Assembly (NCBI GenBank): GCA_964016885.1
Contig: OZ024759.1
Span: 4,588,001-4,652,000, forward strand
Reading direction: 5' to 3'
Source: Eledone cirrhosa
Lineage: Eukaryota
Length of the DNA stretch: 64,000 nucleotides
Shown here piece after piece: positions 51,585 through 64,000 of the stretch. How positions within the stretch are numbered: position 1 is the stretch's first letter; each line of letters starts with the position of its first letter. A model generated the notes under the pieces. The model saw only the letters and a program-made list of their open reading frames with translations, made no database searches and was not told where the DNA came from. Both the position numbers and the translations under genes were made by a program.

Positions 51585-54500
51585 CTTTAGTAATATGGTA
51601 ATGAAAAGATTAATGACATAGACAGTGTCTTTAAGTAGAAATATGGTAATGAAATGGTTAATGATATAGACAGTGTCTTTAAGTAGAGATATGGTAATGA
51701 AGGGATTAATGACATAGACAGTGTCTTTAAGTAGAGATATGTAATGAAAGGTTTAATGACATAGACAGTGTCTTTAAGTAGAAATATGGTAATGAAAGGG
51801 TTAATGATATAGACAGTGTCTTTAAGTAGAAATATGTAACGAAAGGATTAATGACATAGACAGTGTCTTTAAGTAGAGATATGTAATGAAAGGGTTAATG
51901 ACATAGACAGTGTCTTTAAGTAGAGATATGGTAATGAAAGGGTTAATGACATAGACAGTGTCTTTAAGTAGAAATATGGTAATGAAAGGGTTAATGATAT
52001 AGGTAGTGTCTTTAAGTAGAAATATGGTAATGAAAGGTTTAATGACATAGACGGTGTATTTAAGTAGAGATATGTAATGAAAGGTTTAATGACATAGACA
52101 GTGTCTTTAAGTAGAGATATGTAATGAAAGGATTAATGACATAGACGGTGTCTTTAAGTAGAGATATGTAATGAAAGGGTTAATGACATAGACAGTGTCT
52201 TTAAGTAGAGATATGTAATGAAAGGTTTAATGACATAGACAGTGTCTTTAAGTAGAGATATGTAATGAAAGTTTTAATGACATGTCTTTAAGTAGAAATA
52301 TGGTAATGAAAGAGTTAATGACATAGACAGTGTCTTTCATTAGAAATATGGTAATGAAAGGGTTAATGATATAGACAGTGTCTTTCATTAGAAATATGGT
52401 AATGAAAGGGTTAATGATATAGACAGTGTCTTTCATTAGAAATATGGTAAAGAAGGGGTTAATGACATAGACTGTGTCTTTCATTAGAAATATGGTAATT
52501 AAAGGGTTAATGATATAGGTAGTGTCTTTAAGTAGAAATATGGTAATGAAAGGTTTAATGACATAGACGGTGTATTTAAGTAGAGATATGTAATGAAAGG
52601 TTTAATGACATAGACAGTGTCTTTAAGTAGAGATATGTAATGAAAGGATTAATGACATAGACGGTGTCTTTAAGTAGAGATATGTAATGAAAGGGTTAAT
52701 GACATAGACAGTGTCTTTAAGTAGAAATATGTAATGAAAGGATTAATGACATAGACGGTGTCTTTAAGTAGAGATATGTAATGAAAGGGTTAATGACATA
52801 GACAGTGTCTTTAAGTAGAAATATGGTAATGAAAGGGTTAATGACATAGACAGTGTCTTTAAGTAGAGATATGTAATGAAAGGGTTAATGACATAGACAG
52901 TGTCTTTAAGTAGAAATATGGCAATGAAAGGGTTAATGACATAGACAGTGTCTTTAAGTAGAGATATGTAATGAAAGGGTTAATGACATAGACAGTGTCT
53001 TTAAGTAGAAATATGGTAATGAAAGGGTTAATGACATAGACAGTGTCTTTAAGTAGAGATATGTAATGAAAGGTTTAATGACATAGACAGTGTCTTTAAG
53101 TAGAGATATGTAATGAAAGTTTTAATGACATGTCTTTAAGTAGAAATATGGTAATGAAAGAGTTAATGACATAGACAGTGTCTTTCATTAGAAATATGGT
53201 AATGAAAGGGTTAATGATATAGACAGTGTCTTTCATTAGAAATATGGTAATGAAAGGGTTAATGATATAGACAGTGTCTTTCATTAGAAATATGGTAATG
53301 AAGGGGTTAATGACATAGACTGTGTCTTTCATTAGAAATATGGTAATTAAAGGGTTAATGACATAGACAGTGTCTTTCATTAGAAATATGGTAATGAAAG
53401 GGTTAATCACATAGACGGTGTCTTTAAGTAGAGATATGTAATGAAAGGGTTAATGATATAGACAGTGTCTTTAAGTAGAGATATGTAATGAAAGGGTTAA
53501 TGATATAGACAGTGTCTTTAAGTAGAGATATGGTAATGAAAGGGTTAATGACATAGACAGTGTCTTTAAGTAGAGATATGTAATGAAAGGATTAATGACA
53601 TAGACGGTGTCTTTAAGTAGAGATATGTAATGAAAGGGTTAATGATATAGACAGTGTCTTTAAGTAGAGATATGGTAATGAAAGGGTTAATGACATAGAC
53701 AGTGTCTTTAAGTAGAGATATGTAATGAAAGGGTTAATGACATAGACAGTGTCTTTAAGTAGAAATATGGTAATGAAAGGGTTAATGACATAGACAGTGT
53801 CTTTAAGTAGAGATATGTAATGAAAGGTTTAATGATATAGACAGTGTCTTTAAGTAGAAATATGGTAATGAAAGGGTTAATGACATAGACAGTGTCTTTA
53901 AGTAGAGATATGTAATGAAAGTTTTAATGACATGTCTTTAAGTAGAAATATGGTAATGAAAGAGTTAATGACATAGACAGTGTCTTTCATTAGAAATATG
54001 GTAATGAAAGGGTTAATGATATAGACAGTGTCTTTCATTAGAAATATGGTAATGAAAGGGGTAATGACATAGACAGTGTCTTTAAGTAGAAATATGGTAA
54101 TGAAAGGATTAATGACATAGACAGTGTCTTTCATTAGAAATATGGTAATGAAAGATTATATGATATAGACAGTGTCTTTAAGTAGAGATATGGTAATGAA
54201 AGGATTAATGACATAGACAGTGTCTTTAAGTAGAAACTTGGTAATGAAAAGTTTAATGACATAGAGTCTATGTCATTAAGCCTTAATCCAAATATTCAAT
54301 TACTTTCAATCAAGAAACAAATGCAAATATCCGACTAACTTGAATTTTCCCTCGGATTTTAAAATTATTTTACGTATTTTTTCTATATTAGTTTTTTGAA
54401 CTTAATATTATTATTTTTCTATTGTATTTCTTTATAATTATGTGAAGGCAAAAATATTTTATATTGTAACTTTTTATGTTAAATAATAAATGACTATAAA

Positions 54501-55680
54501 ACTATACAAATTTTATATACTATATATTATAATAATTTCACAAAAGTCGCATTTATAGGTATATCAACTTATGCGGCCTCCTTTATTACTGCCTAATTTA
54601 AATGTGGCCTCTAATGGTAAAAAGGTTCCTCTCCTCTGACATAGACAGTGTCTTTCATTAGAAATATGGTAATGAAAGGGTTAATGACATAGACAGTGTC
54701 TTTAAGTAGAGATATGTAATGAAAGGGTTAATGATATAGACAGTGTCTTTAAGTAGAAATATGGTAATGAAAGGGTTAATGACATAGACAGTTTCTTTAA
54801 GTAGAGATATGTAATGAAAGTTTTAATGACATGTCTTTAAGTAGAAATATGGTAATGAAAGAGTTAATGACATAGACAGTGTCTTTCATTAGAAATATGG
54901 TAATGAAAGGGTTAATGATATAGACAGTGTCTTTCATTAGAAATATGGTAATGAAAGGGGTAATGACATAGACAGTGTCTTTAAGTAGAAATATGGTAAT
55001 GAAAGGATTAATGACATAGACAGTGTCTTTCATTAGAAATATGGTAATGAAAGATTAAATGATATAGACAGTGTCTTTAAGTAGAGATATGGTAATGAAA
55101 GGATTAATGACATAGACAGTGTCTTTAAGTAGAAACTTGGTAATGAAAAGTTTAATGACATAGAGTCTATGTCATTAAACCTTAATCCAAATATTCAATT
55201 ACTTTCAAGGAAGAAACAAATGCAAATATCCGATTAACTTGAATTTTCCCTCGGATTTTAAAATTATTTTACGTATTTTTTCTATATTAGTTTTTTGAAC
55301 TTAATATTATTATTTTTCTATTGTATTTCTTTATAATTATGTGAAGGCAAAAATATTTTATATTGTAACTTTTTATGTTAAATAATAAATGACTATAAAA
55401 CTATACAAATTTTATATACTATATATTATAATAATTTCACAAAAGTCGCATTTATAGGTATATCAACTTATGCGGCCTCCTTTATTACTGCCTAATTTAA
55501 ATGTGGCCTCTAAAGGTAAAAAGGTTCCTCTCCTCTGACATAGACAGTGTCTTTCATTAGAAATATGGTAATGAAAGGGTTAATGACATAGACAGTGTCT
55601 TTCATTAGAAATATGGTAATGAAAGGGTTAATGACATAGACAGTGTCTTTTATTAGAAATGTGGTAATGAAAGGGTTAAT
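51585..55680. repeat. 47/48-bp satellite containing a piggyBac-like MITE terminus, with a 899-bp internal duplication
   Basis: Unit gacatagacagtgtctttaagtagaaatatggtaatgaaagggttaat. Interrupted by the same ~370-bp hAT-like fragment at 54266-54638 and 55165-55537. Confidence 0.95.
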
Positions 55681-55695
55681 TACTACACCATATAC

Positions 55696-55833
55696 CTGTC
55701 TGACAGTTGCTACCTTCATAACCAGCAGCACATCCTCCACTAGAACACACACCTGTCTGTTTGTTACATTTACTGTTGTCAGCACAGTGACATGTGTTGC
55801 CACAGTTGGCTCCAAATTTACCTGATTTACAGA
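55696..55833 (-). CDS. Multi-EGF gene, visible exon 2
   Basis: cag|...|gtatat; (V)CKSGKFGANCGNTCHCADNSKCNKQTGVCSSGGCAAGYEGSNCQT. Confidence 0.9.
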
Positions 55834-55941
55834 CTGGAAATAAAATATGAGAACAATGACAATTATAACAACATTTACACTATACAAGATAATAAATATC
55901 ACAATATTATATCATCTATATTATAGTGTTGTCATCTATAC

Positions 55942-58900
55942 CAGAGGTCGGCATCCTTTTGGGGCGTGCGGGCCACATTGCTATGGAGTGTCACACAGGC
56001 AGGCCACATTTCTATGCAGTGTCTCACTGGCAGGCCACATTGTTACGAAGTGTCTTGTCAGTTGCTCACATTGTTATACAGTGTCTTGTCAGCAGGCCAC
56101 ATAGCTATGGAGTGTCTTGTCAGCAGGCCACATAGCTATGGAGTGTCTTGTCAGCAGGCCACATAGCTATGGAGTGCCTTGTCAGCAGGCCACATAGCTG
56201 TACAGTGTCTTGTCAGCAGGCCACATAGCTATGCAGTGTCTTGTCAGCAGGCCACATTTCTATAGAGTGTCTTGTCAGCAGGCCACATAGCTATGGAGTG
56301 TCTTGTCAGCAGGCCACATTGTTACGAAGTGTCTTGTCAGTTGCTCACATTGCAATACAGTGTCTTGTCAGCAGGCCACATAGCTATGGAGTGTCTCACC
56401 AGCAGGCCACATTGCTATACAGTGTCTTGTCAGCAGGCCACATAGCTATACAGTGTCTTGTCAGCAGGCCATATTGCTATGGAGTGTCTCACGAGCAGGC
56501 CACATAGCTATGGAGTGTCTTGTCAGCAGGCCACATTGCTATAGAGTGTCTTGTCAGCAGGCCACATAGCTATGGAGTGTCTCACCAGCAGGCCACATTG
56601 CTATGCAGTGTCTCACCAGCAGGCCACATAGCTATGCAGTGTCTCACCAGCAGGCCACATAGCTATGCAGTGTCTCACCAGCAGGCCACATTGCTATGCA
56701 GTGTCTTGTCAGCAGGCCATATTGCTATGTAGTGTCTCACCAGCAGGCCACATAGCTATGTAGTGTCTCGTCAGCAGGCCACATAGCTATGGAGTGTCTT
56801 GTCGGCAGACCACATAGCTATGCAGTGTCTCACTAGCAGGCCACATAGCTATGCAGTGTCTCACCAGCAGGCCACATTGCTATGTAGTGTCTCACCAGCA
56901 GGCCACATTGCTATGTAGTGTCTCACCAGCAGGCCACATTGCTATGTAGTGTCTTGTCAGCAGGCCACATAGGTATGTAGTGTCTCGTCAACAGGCCACA
57001 TAGCTATGTAGTGTCTCACCAGCAGGCCACATTGCTATGTAGTGTCTCACCAGCAGGCCACATTGCTATGTAGTGTCTCACCAGCAGGCCACATTGCTAT
57101 GTAGTGTCTTGTCAGCAGGCCACATAGCTATGTAGTGTCTCGTCAGCAGGCCACATAGCTATGGAGTGTCTTGTCGGCAGGCCACATAGCTATGGAGTGT
57201 CTCACCAGCAGGCCACATAGCTATGGAGTATCTCACCAGCAGGCCACATTGTTACGAAGTGTCTTGTCAGTTGCTCACATTGCAATACAGTGTCTTGTCA
57301 GCAGGCCACATAGCTATGGAGTGTCTTGTCAGCAGGCCACATAGCTATGGAGTGTCTCACCAGCAGGCCACATTGCTATACAGTGTCTTGTCAGCAGGCC
57401 ACATAGCTATGGAGTGTCTTGTCAGCAGGCCACATAGCTATGGAGTGTCTCACCAGCACGCCACATTGCTATACAGTGTCTTGTCAGCAGGCCACATAGC
57501 TATACAGTGTCTTGTCAGCAGGCCATATTGCTATGGAGTGTCTCACCAGCAGGCCACATAGCTATGGAGTGTCTTGTCAGCGGGCCACATAGCTATGGAG
57601 TGTTTCAGCAGCAGGCCACATTGCTATGCAGTGTCTTGTCAGCAGGCCACATACAGTGTCTTGTCAGCAGGCCATATTGCTATGCAGTGTCTTGCCAGCA
57701 GGCCACATTGCTATAGAGTGTCTTGTCAGCAGGCCACATAGCCATGGAGTGTCTCACCAGCAGGCCACATTGCTATGCAGTGTCTCACCAGCATGCCACA
57801 TAGCTATGTAGTGTCTTGTAAACAGGCCACATAGCTATGCAGTGTCTCACCAGCAGGCCACATAGCTATGCAGTGTCTCACCAGCAGGCCACATTGCTAT
57901 GCAGTGTCTCACCAGCAGGCCACATTGCTATGTAGTGTTTCACCAGCAGGCCACATTGCTATGTAGTGTCTCACCAGCAGGCCACATTGCTATGTAGTGT
58001 CTTGTCAGCAGGCCATATTGCTATGCAGTTTCTCACCAGCAGGCCACATAGCTATGTAGTGTCTTGTCAGCAGGCCACATAGCTATGCAGTGTCTCACCA
58101 GCAGGCCACATTGCTATGCAGTGTCTCACCAGCAGGCCACATTGCTATGCAGTGTCTTGTCAGCAGGCCATATTGCTATGTAGTGTCTCACCAGCAGGCC
58201 ACATAGCTATGTAGTGTCTCGTCAGCAGGCCACATTGCTATGGAGTGTCTTGTCGGCAGGCCACATAGCTATGCAGTGTCTCACCAGCAGGCCACATAGC
58301 TATGCAGTGTCTCACCAGCAGGCCACATAGCTATGGAGTGTCTCACCAGCAGGCCACATAGCTATGGAGTGTCTCACCAGCAGGCCACATTGCTATGCAG
58401 TTTCTCACCAGCAGGCCACATTGCTATGTAGTGTCTCACCAGCAGGCCACATTGCTATGCAGTTTCTCACCAGCAGGCTACATAGCTATGTAGTGTCTCA
58501 CCAGCAGGCCACATAGCTATGTAGTGTCTCACCAGCAGGCCACATAGCTATGTAGTGTCTCACCAGCAGGCCACATAGCTATGTAGTGTCTCACCAGCAG
58601 GCCACATAGCTATGTAGTGTCTCGTCAGCAGGCCACATAGCTATGGAGTGTCTTGTCGGCAGGCCACATAGCTATGGAGTGTCTCACCAGCAGGCCACAT
58701 AGCTATGTAGTGTCTCGTCAACAGGCCACTTAGCTATGGAGTGTCTTGTCAGCAGGCCACATTGCTATAGAGTGTCTTATCAGCAGGCCACATAGCTATG
58801 GAGTGTCTCACCAGCAGGCCACATTGCTATGCAGTGTCTCACCAGCAGGCCACATAGCTATGCAGTGTCTCACCAGCAGGCCACATAGCTATGCAGTGTC

Positions 58901-60564
58901 TCACCAGCAGGCCACATTGCTATGCAATGTCTTGTCAGCAGGCCATATTGCTATGTAGTGTCTCACCAGCAGGCCACATAGCTATGTAGTGTCTCGTCAG
59001 CAGGCCACATAGCTATGGAGTGTCTTGTCGGCAGACCACATAGCTATGCAGTGTCTCACTAGCAGGCCACATAGCTATGCAGTGTCTCACCAGCAGGCCA
59101 CATTGCTATGTAGTGTCTCACCAGCAGGCCACATTGCTATGTAGTGTCTCACCAGCAGGCCACATTGCTATGTAGTGTCTTGTCAGCAGGCCACATAGCT
59201 ATGTAGTGTCTCGTCAACAGGCCACATAGCTATGTAGTGTCTCACCAGCAGGCCACATTGCTATGTAGTGTCTCACCAGCAGGCCACATTGCTATGTAGT
59301 GTCTCACCAGCAGGCCACATTGCTATGTAGTGTCTTGTCAGCAGGCCACATAGCTATGTAGTGTCTCGTCAGCAGGCCACATAGCTATGGAGTGTCTTGT
59401 CGGCAGGCCACATAGCTATGGAGTGTCTCACCAGCAGGCCACATGGCTATGGAGTATCTCACCAGCAGGCCACATTGTTACGAAGTGTCTTGTCAGTTGC
59501 TCACATTGCAATACAGTGTCTTGTCAGCAGGCCACATAGTTATGGAGTGTCTTGTCAGCAGGCCACATAGCTATGGAGTGTCTCACCAGCAGGCCACATT
59601 GCTATACAGTGTCTTGTCAGCAGGCCACATAGCTATGGAGTGTCTTGTCAGCAGGCCACATAGCTATGGAGTGTCTCACCAGCAGGCCACATTGCTATAC
59701 AGTGTCTTGTCAGCAGGCCACATAGCTATACAGTGTTTTGTCAGCAGGCCATATTGCTATGGAGTGTCTCACCAGCAGGCCACATAGCTATGGAGTGTCT
59801 TGTCAGCGGGCCACATAGCTATGGAGTGTTTCACCAGCAGGCCACATAGCTATGCAGTGTCTTGTCAGCAGGCCACATACAGTGTCTTGTCAGCAGGCCA
59901 TATTGCTATGCAGTGTCTTGTCAGCAGGCCACATTGCTATAGAGTGTCTTGTCAGCAGGCCACATAGCCATGGAGTGTCTCACCAGCAGGCCACATTGCT
60001 ATGCAGTGTCTCACCAGCATGCCACATAGCTATGTAGTGTCTTGTAAACAGGCCACATAGCTATGCAGTGTCTCACCAGCAGGCCACATAGCTATGCAGT
60101 GTCTCACCAGCAGGCCACATTGCTATGCAGTGTCTCACCAGCAGGCCACATTGCTATGTAGTGTCTCACCAGCAGGCCACATTGCTATGTAGTGTCTCAC
60201 CAGCAGGCCACATTGCTATGTAGTGTCTTGTCAGCAGGCCATATTGCTATGCAGTTTCTCACCAGCAGGCCACATAGCTATGTAGTGTCTTGTCAGCAGG
60301 CCACATAGCTATGCAGTGTCTCACCAGCAGGCCACATTGCTATGCAGTGTCTCACCAGCAGGCCACATTGCTATGCAGTGTCTTGTCAGCAGGCCATATT
60401 GCTATGTAGTGTCTCACCAGCAGGCCACATAGCTATGTAGTGTCTCGTCAGCAGGCCACATAGCTATGGAGTGTCTTGTCGGCAGGCCACATAGCTATGC
60501 AGTGTCTCACCAGCAGGCCACATAGCTATGCAGTGTCTCACCAGCAGGCCACATAGCTATGGAG
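55942..60564. repeat. 31-bp satellite growing from a hAT-like MITE end, with a 2226-bp higher-order repeat
   Basis: Starts cagaggtcggcatcctttt...gcgggccacatt; unit gcaggccacatagctatggagtgtcttgtca; about 148 copies. Confidence 0.95.
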
Positions 60565-60565
60565 G

Positions 60566-62876
60566 TTAGCCAGGTTAATTTTAAGGCCTTTTGATTCTAG
60601 GCCATGTTTGGAATTTCTTCTCTAGCTCGGCCATTGATTCAGCTATGAGCGTTAGATCATCTGCGTATAGGAGTTCCTATGGGCAGCCGGTCTTGAACTC
60701 CTCTGTTATAGCCTGAAGGACAATAATAAATAGTAGGGGGCTAAGAACAGAGCCTTGATGGACACCAACTTTTACGCTAAACTCTTCACTATATTTGTTG
60801 TTAATTCTAACCTTACTGACTGTTTCTTTATACATGGCTTGTATAGCTCTCACAAGCCATTCATAAACACCGAGTTTTCTAAGAGCCCACCAGATAATGG
60901 AATGGGGGACTCTGTCGAAGGCTTTCTCCAAGTCGACAAAAGCTAAGTATAGGGGTTTACTTTTAGCTAGGTACTTCTCCTGTAGTTGTCGTACAATGAA
61001 AAGAGCGTCTGTGGTACTTTTGCCTGACACAAACCCGAACTGCATTTCATCTAGATCAATTCTCTCTCTGATTAGTTGCGCTATTACTTTTTCTGTGACC
61101 TTCATGACCTGGTCGATTAATTTAATGCCTCTATAGTTACTCCTATCTAGGGCATCTCCTTTACCCTTGTAACAGTTAATGATGCTGCTGCTACGCCAGT
61201 CCTTCGGAACAACCCCATTCTGTACGACTTGGTTTACTATCCGGGTGACCATGGTGTGTCCCACCGTTCCAGATGCCTTCAGTATCTCAGCAACTATTTC
61301 CGAAGGCCCAGCCGCCTTACCCGTCTTCATATCTTTGATTGCCTTACTTATTATACTACCCTCGACTAACACTGCTGGTCCCTCTATTGGATCGATGTGG
61401 GGGAGACTGTCTTTCTCCCATTTATTCTCCTCATTTAGTAGCCTTTCGTAGTGACACTTCCAAGCTACCTTCTTATCAGCATCGGTGATGGCAAGTACGC
61501 CATCATCATTAAGTACACACTTCTCCCCAACAATATCACGGTTTTCCTTGACACATTGCCTAGCAATCCTGAACACCTCACGTTTTTGGTCCTCGCATTG
61601 TAGTACATGCTTGGACTTTCTTTCCTCTGCTTCCCTTCTTTCGAAGTACACTTGTCTCCTAGCTTCCCTCCTGGCCACTTGATAGTTTTCTCTACTTCCC
61701 CATCCCGCCATACTTTCCAAGCCTGCTTTTTGGCCTTAATTGACCCCTCTACCTTACTGTTCCACCACCATGTTACTCTCCTCCTGCCTACAGGCCTGCT
61801 CCAGCCACAGACTTCATCTGCCGCCATCAGCAGGTTTGCTTTCAGGAATTCCCACTGTTCCTCTATATTGTACGACTCTAATTGCTCTTCCTTACTGTCG
61901 AAAGCATCAAGTAATATGCTTTTAAATTTATTTCTGGCTGTGGGGTCCTTTAGCTTCCATATTTTCCTCCTGAGGATAGTCCTCTTCTGCTGTCTAGTAC
62001 GTCTCGTCCTGACTATTAGGTCGCTAATTATCAGTCTATGTTGGGACGTGCATTCTTCATGGGGGAGGGATTTAGTGTTTACAACAGACACTCTGTCACG
62101 TCTTCTGGTAAGGATATAATCTACCTGGCTTGTGTGTTCCCCCGATCTATAGGTGATCAGGTGATTGTCTCGTTTTTTGAAGTTAGTGTTACAGATAGTT
62201 AGGTTATTTGCGTCACAGAATTCCAGGATTCTGGAGCCTTCCACATTTCTAGTACCAAACCCATAGACTCCATGGATTCCGTCGTAGCCGTCACAATGTT
62301 GTCCAACGTGACCATTTAGGTCGCCTGCAATAATTATATAGTCACTGTCAGATATTTGGGAGGTAGTTAGCAACAGTGTCTCATAGAATCTGTCTTTTAT
62401 AGAGCCAGGCAGTCTGGATTGGGGTGCGTACGCAGATATTACTGTCACCGTAGTTCTATTGAGGACAAGTCTTATTTTAATTATTCTGTCGTTCACTATA
62501 TTTACGTCTATTATCTTATCTGCCCACTTTTCTGCTACCATGATTCCTACCCCACCCAGCCTATTGTCATTTCCCACCCAGAAAAGCTTATAGCATCGTT
62601 TTTTACCCACAATGAATCTAGCAGACCCACCCTCCACCTGGTCTCTTGGATACAGCAAACATCAACCTCCTTACGTTCAAGCATTTCTACAACCTCGTTG
62701 GAGCGACCCTTTAAGGTGCCTACATTCATGGTACCAACTCTGAAGTTTTGGATTGCGTTTGGTGGGTGGGAGCGGTGGGGCACGGGGGGAGATGGGGTTA
62801 TGTTAGCCATCCGCGGCCGAAACAAAGAGGAGGAGTGCTCGCATTCTCGTCCACGAGGTGAATGAGGTGAATTTGT

Positions 62877-62878
<2 letters not shown>
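60566..62878 (-). mobile_element. RTE LINE, 5' end present, 3' truncated just after the RT YADD
   Basis: APE motifs GTMNVGTL, CCIQETRW, SAYAPQ, GDLNGHVG, QVDYIL. RT motifs QFGF, DLEKAFDR, GVHQGSVLSP, *ELLYADD. Same family as 31300-33782. Confidence 0.96.
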
Positions 62879-62916
<38 letters not shown>

Positions 62917-63481
62917 TCAATACATAAACAGAGAAAGCCTTAAGCGATACTCTGACCAACACCATCTCACTCAACAAACATTAGGATATACCTAAGTATT
63001 TTCCTAATTTAGTGTTTGGGGTGCTAACAAATCAGTATTTCGTGGATAGCTGGTTGTATTATTTTATATGAGACATTATTAAATAAATATCTCTTTCCTT
63101 CCAGACGGCCGTTTCTTTATAAGATTTCTACAATTTGGGATAAATAATTTCCAGGTTATGTAGAAACTTGTATATAATCCATAGTTTTATACACAAGCGG
63201 GCTCTTATAAACTCATCAGTGGATGCCCAAATAATATCGATATAAGAATTATATCGACATTAATAGATTAGTGATGGTCTCCCTCAGCGCTAAGAAGATC
63301 CAGCGCTTAGAAAATCCAGCAGTCCTCTCAAAGATAAAATACACGCTGTCCCCAAGAGGGTAAAGGGAGGTCATCTTAAAATAAAACAATATACACGCTG
63401 GTCATTTAAACCTGTTAGGTATTAACCACGTGTATAAGAACTCAATTGGATATTAAAAGAATAACCATATGTATAGACAAT

Positions 63482-63525
<44 letters not shown>

Positions 63526-63773
63526 TATATATATAAATAAATCTATAGAGCAAATATTTCTAATATTTCAGATCAGTGGTTGGCGTTGGGAAGGGCATCC
63601 AGCCGTAAAAAAACAGTCAGAAACTCTCGTATATGAGCGAGACATGGTCACCCGACCCAACATGCCTCTAAATGGGACAACCCTGTCTAACCCATGCTAG
63701 CATGGAAGATAGACGTTAATTGATGATGATGATGATGATACATATATATATATAGCTACATTACACCACTTAC

Positions 63774-63911
63774 CTGTCTGACAGTTGCTACCTTCATAAC
63801 CAGCAGTACACCCTCCACTGTAACACACACCTGTCTCTGTGTTACATTTGCTGTTGTCTGCACAGTGACAATTTCTACTACAGCTGGGACCAAATTTTCC
63901 TACAGGACACA
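63774..63911 (-). CDS. Multi-EGF gene, visible exon 1 (acceptor reads GG)
   Basis: (V)CPVGKFGPSCSRNCHCADNSKCNTETGVCYSGGCTAGYEGSNCQT|gtaagt; the position homologous to AG is GG (63913-63912). Confidence 0.75.
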
Positions 63912-64000
63912 CCATAGAAAATATTTAAAATTCACTTCTAATATTCACTCACTTTTTTCAGGTAACATGTTTGATGTTTGTAAAACCTATGAAGACCTGC

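Noticed and set aside
44806-60564. Regular arrays as CRISPR-like loci
   Set aside because: Units are contiguous with no unique spacers, there are no cas genes, and the context is eukaryotic.
62790-62880. HDV-like ribozyme at the RTE 5' end (GACAAA/TTTGTT pairing, GG-C-TAA motif)
   Set aside because: RTE 5' UTRs can carry such ribozymes, but I could not build consistent P2 and P1.1 helices; a descriptor search is needed.

Overview
AT-rich, repeat-dense animal genomic DNA. The HCDIC-type C2H2 fingers, RTE LINEs, SINE families and (TA)n/(CAT)n tracts suggest an octopus-like mollusc (inference). The main gene is on the minus strand and enters from beyond the right edge. It has 11 visible exons between 63911 and 28363, each exactly 138 nt, phase 1-1, and each encoding one 8-Cys EGF-like module (MEGF10/SCARF/Draper-like repeats). 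Other content: a decayed C2H2 zinc-finger ORF, a near-complete Helitron (Rep + Pif1 helicase) joined head-to-tail to a short derivative, three large RTE LINEs, piggyBac-, hAT- and Tc1-type MITEs, tRNA-derived SINEs, a 5S rRNA fragment and about ten tandem arrays. Highlights: (1) several minimal type I hammerhead ribozyme motifs, two in diverged direct repeats and two in an inverted repeat; (2) a 54-bp minisatellite born from a copy of the gene's own EGF exon; (3) other satellites traceable to adjacent LINE, SINE or MITE templates; (4) a CTAG|TC Helitron junction identical to a rolling-circle junction. Coordinates were read by eye, and repeat boundaries are approximate.
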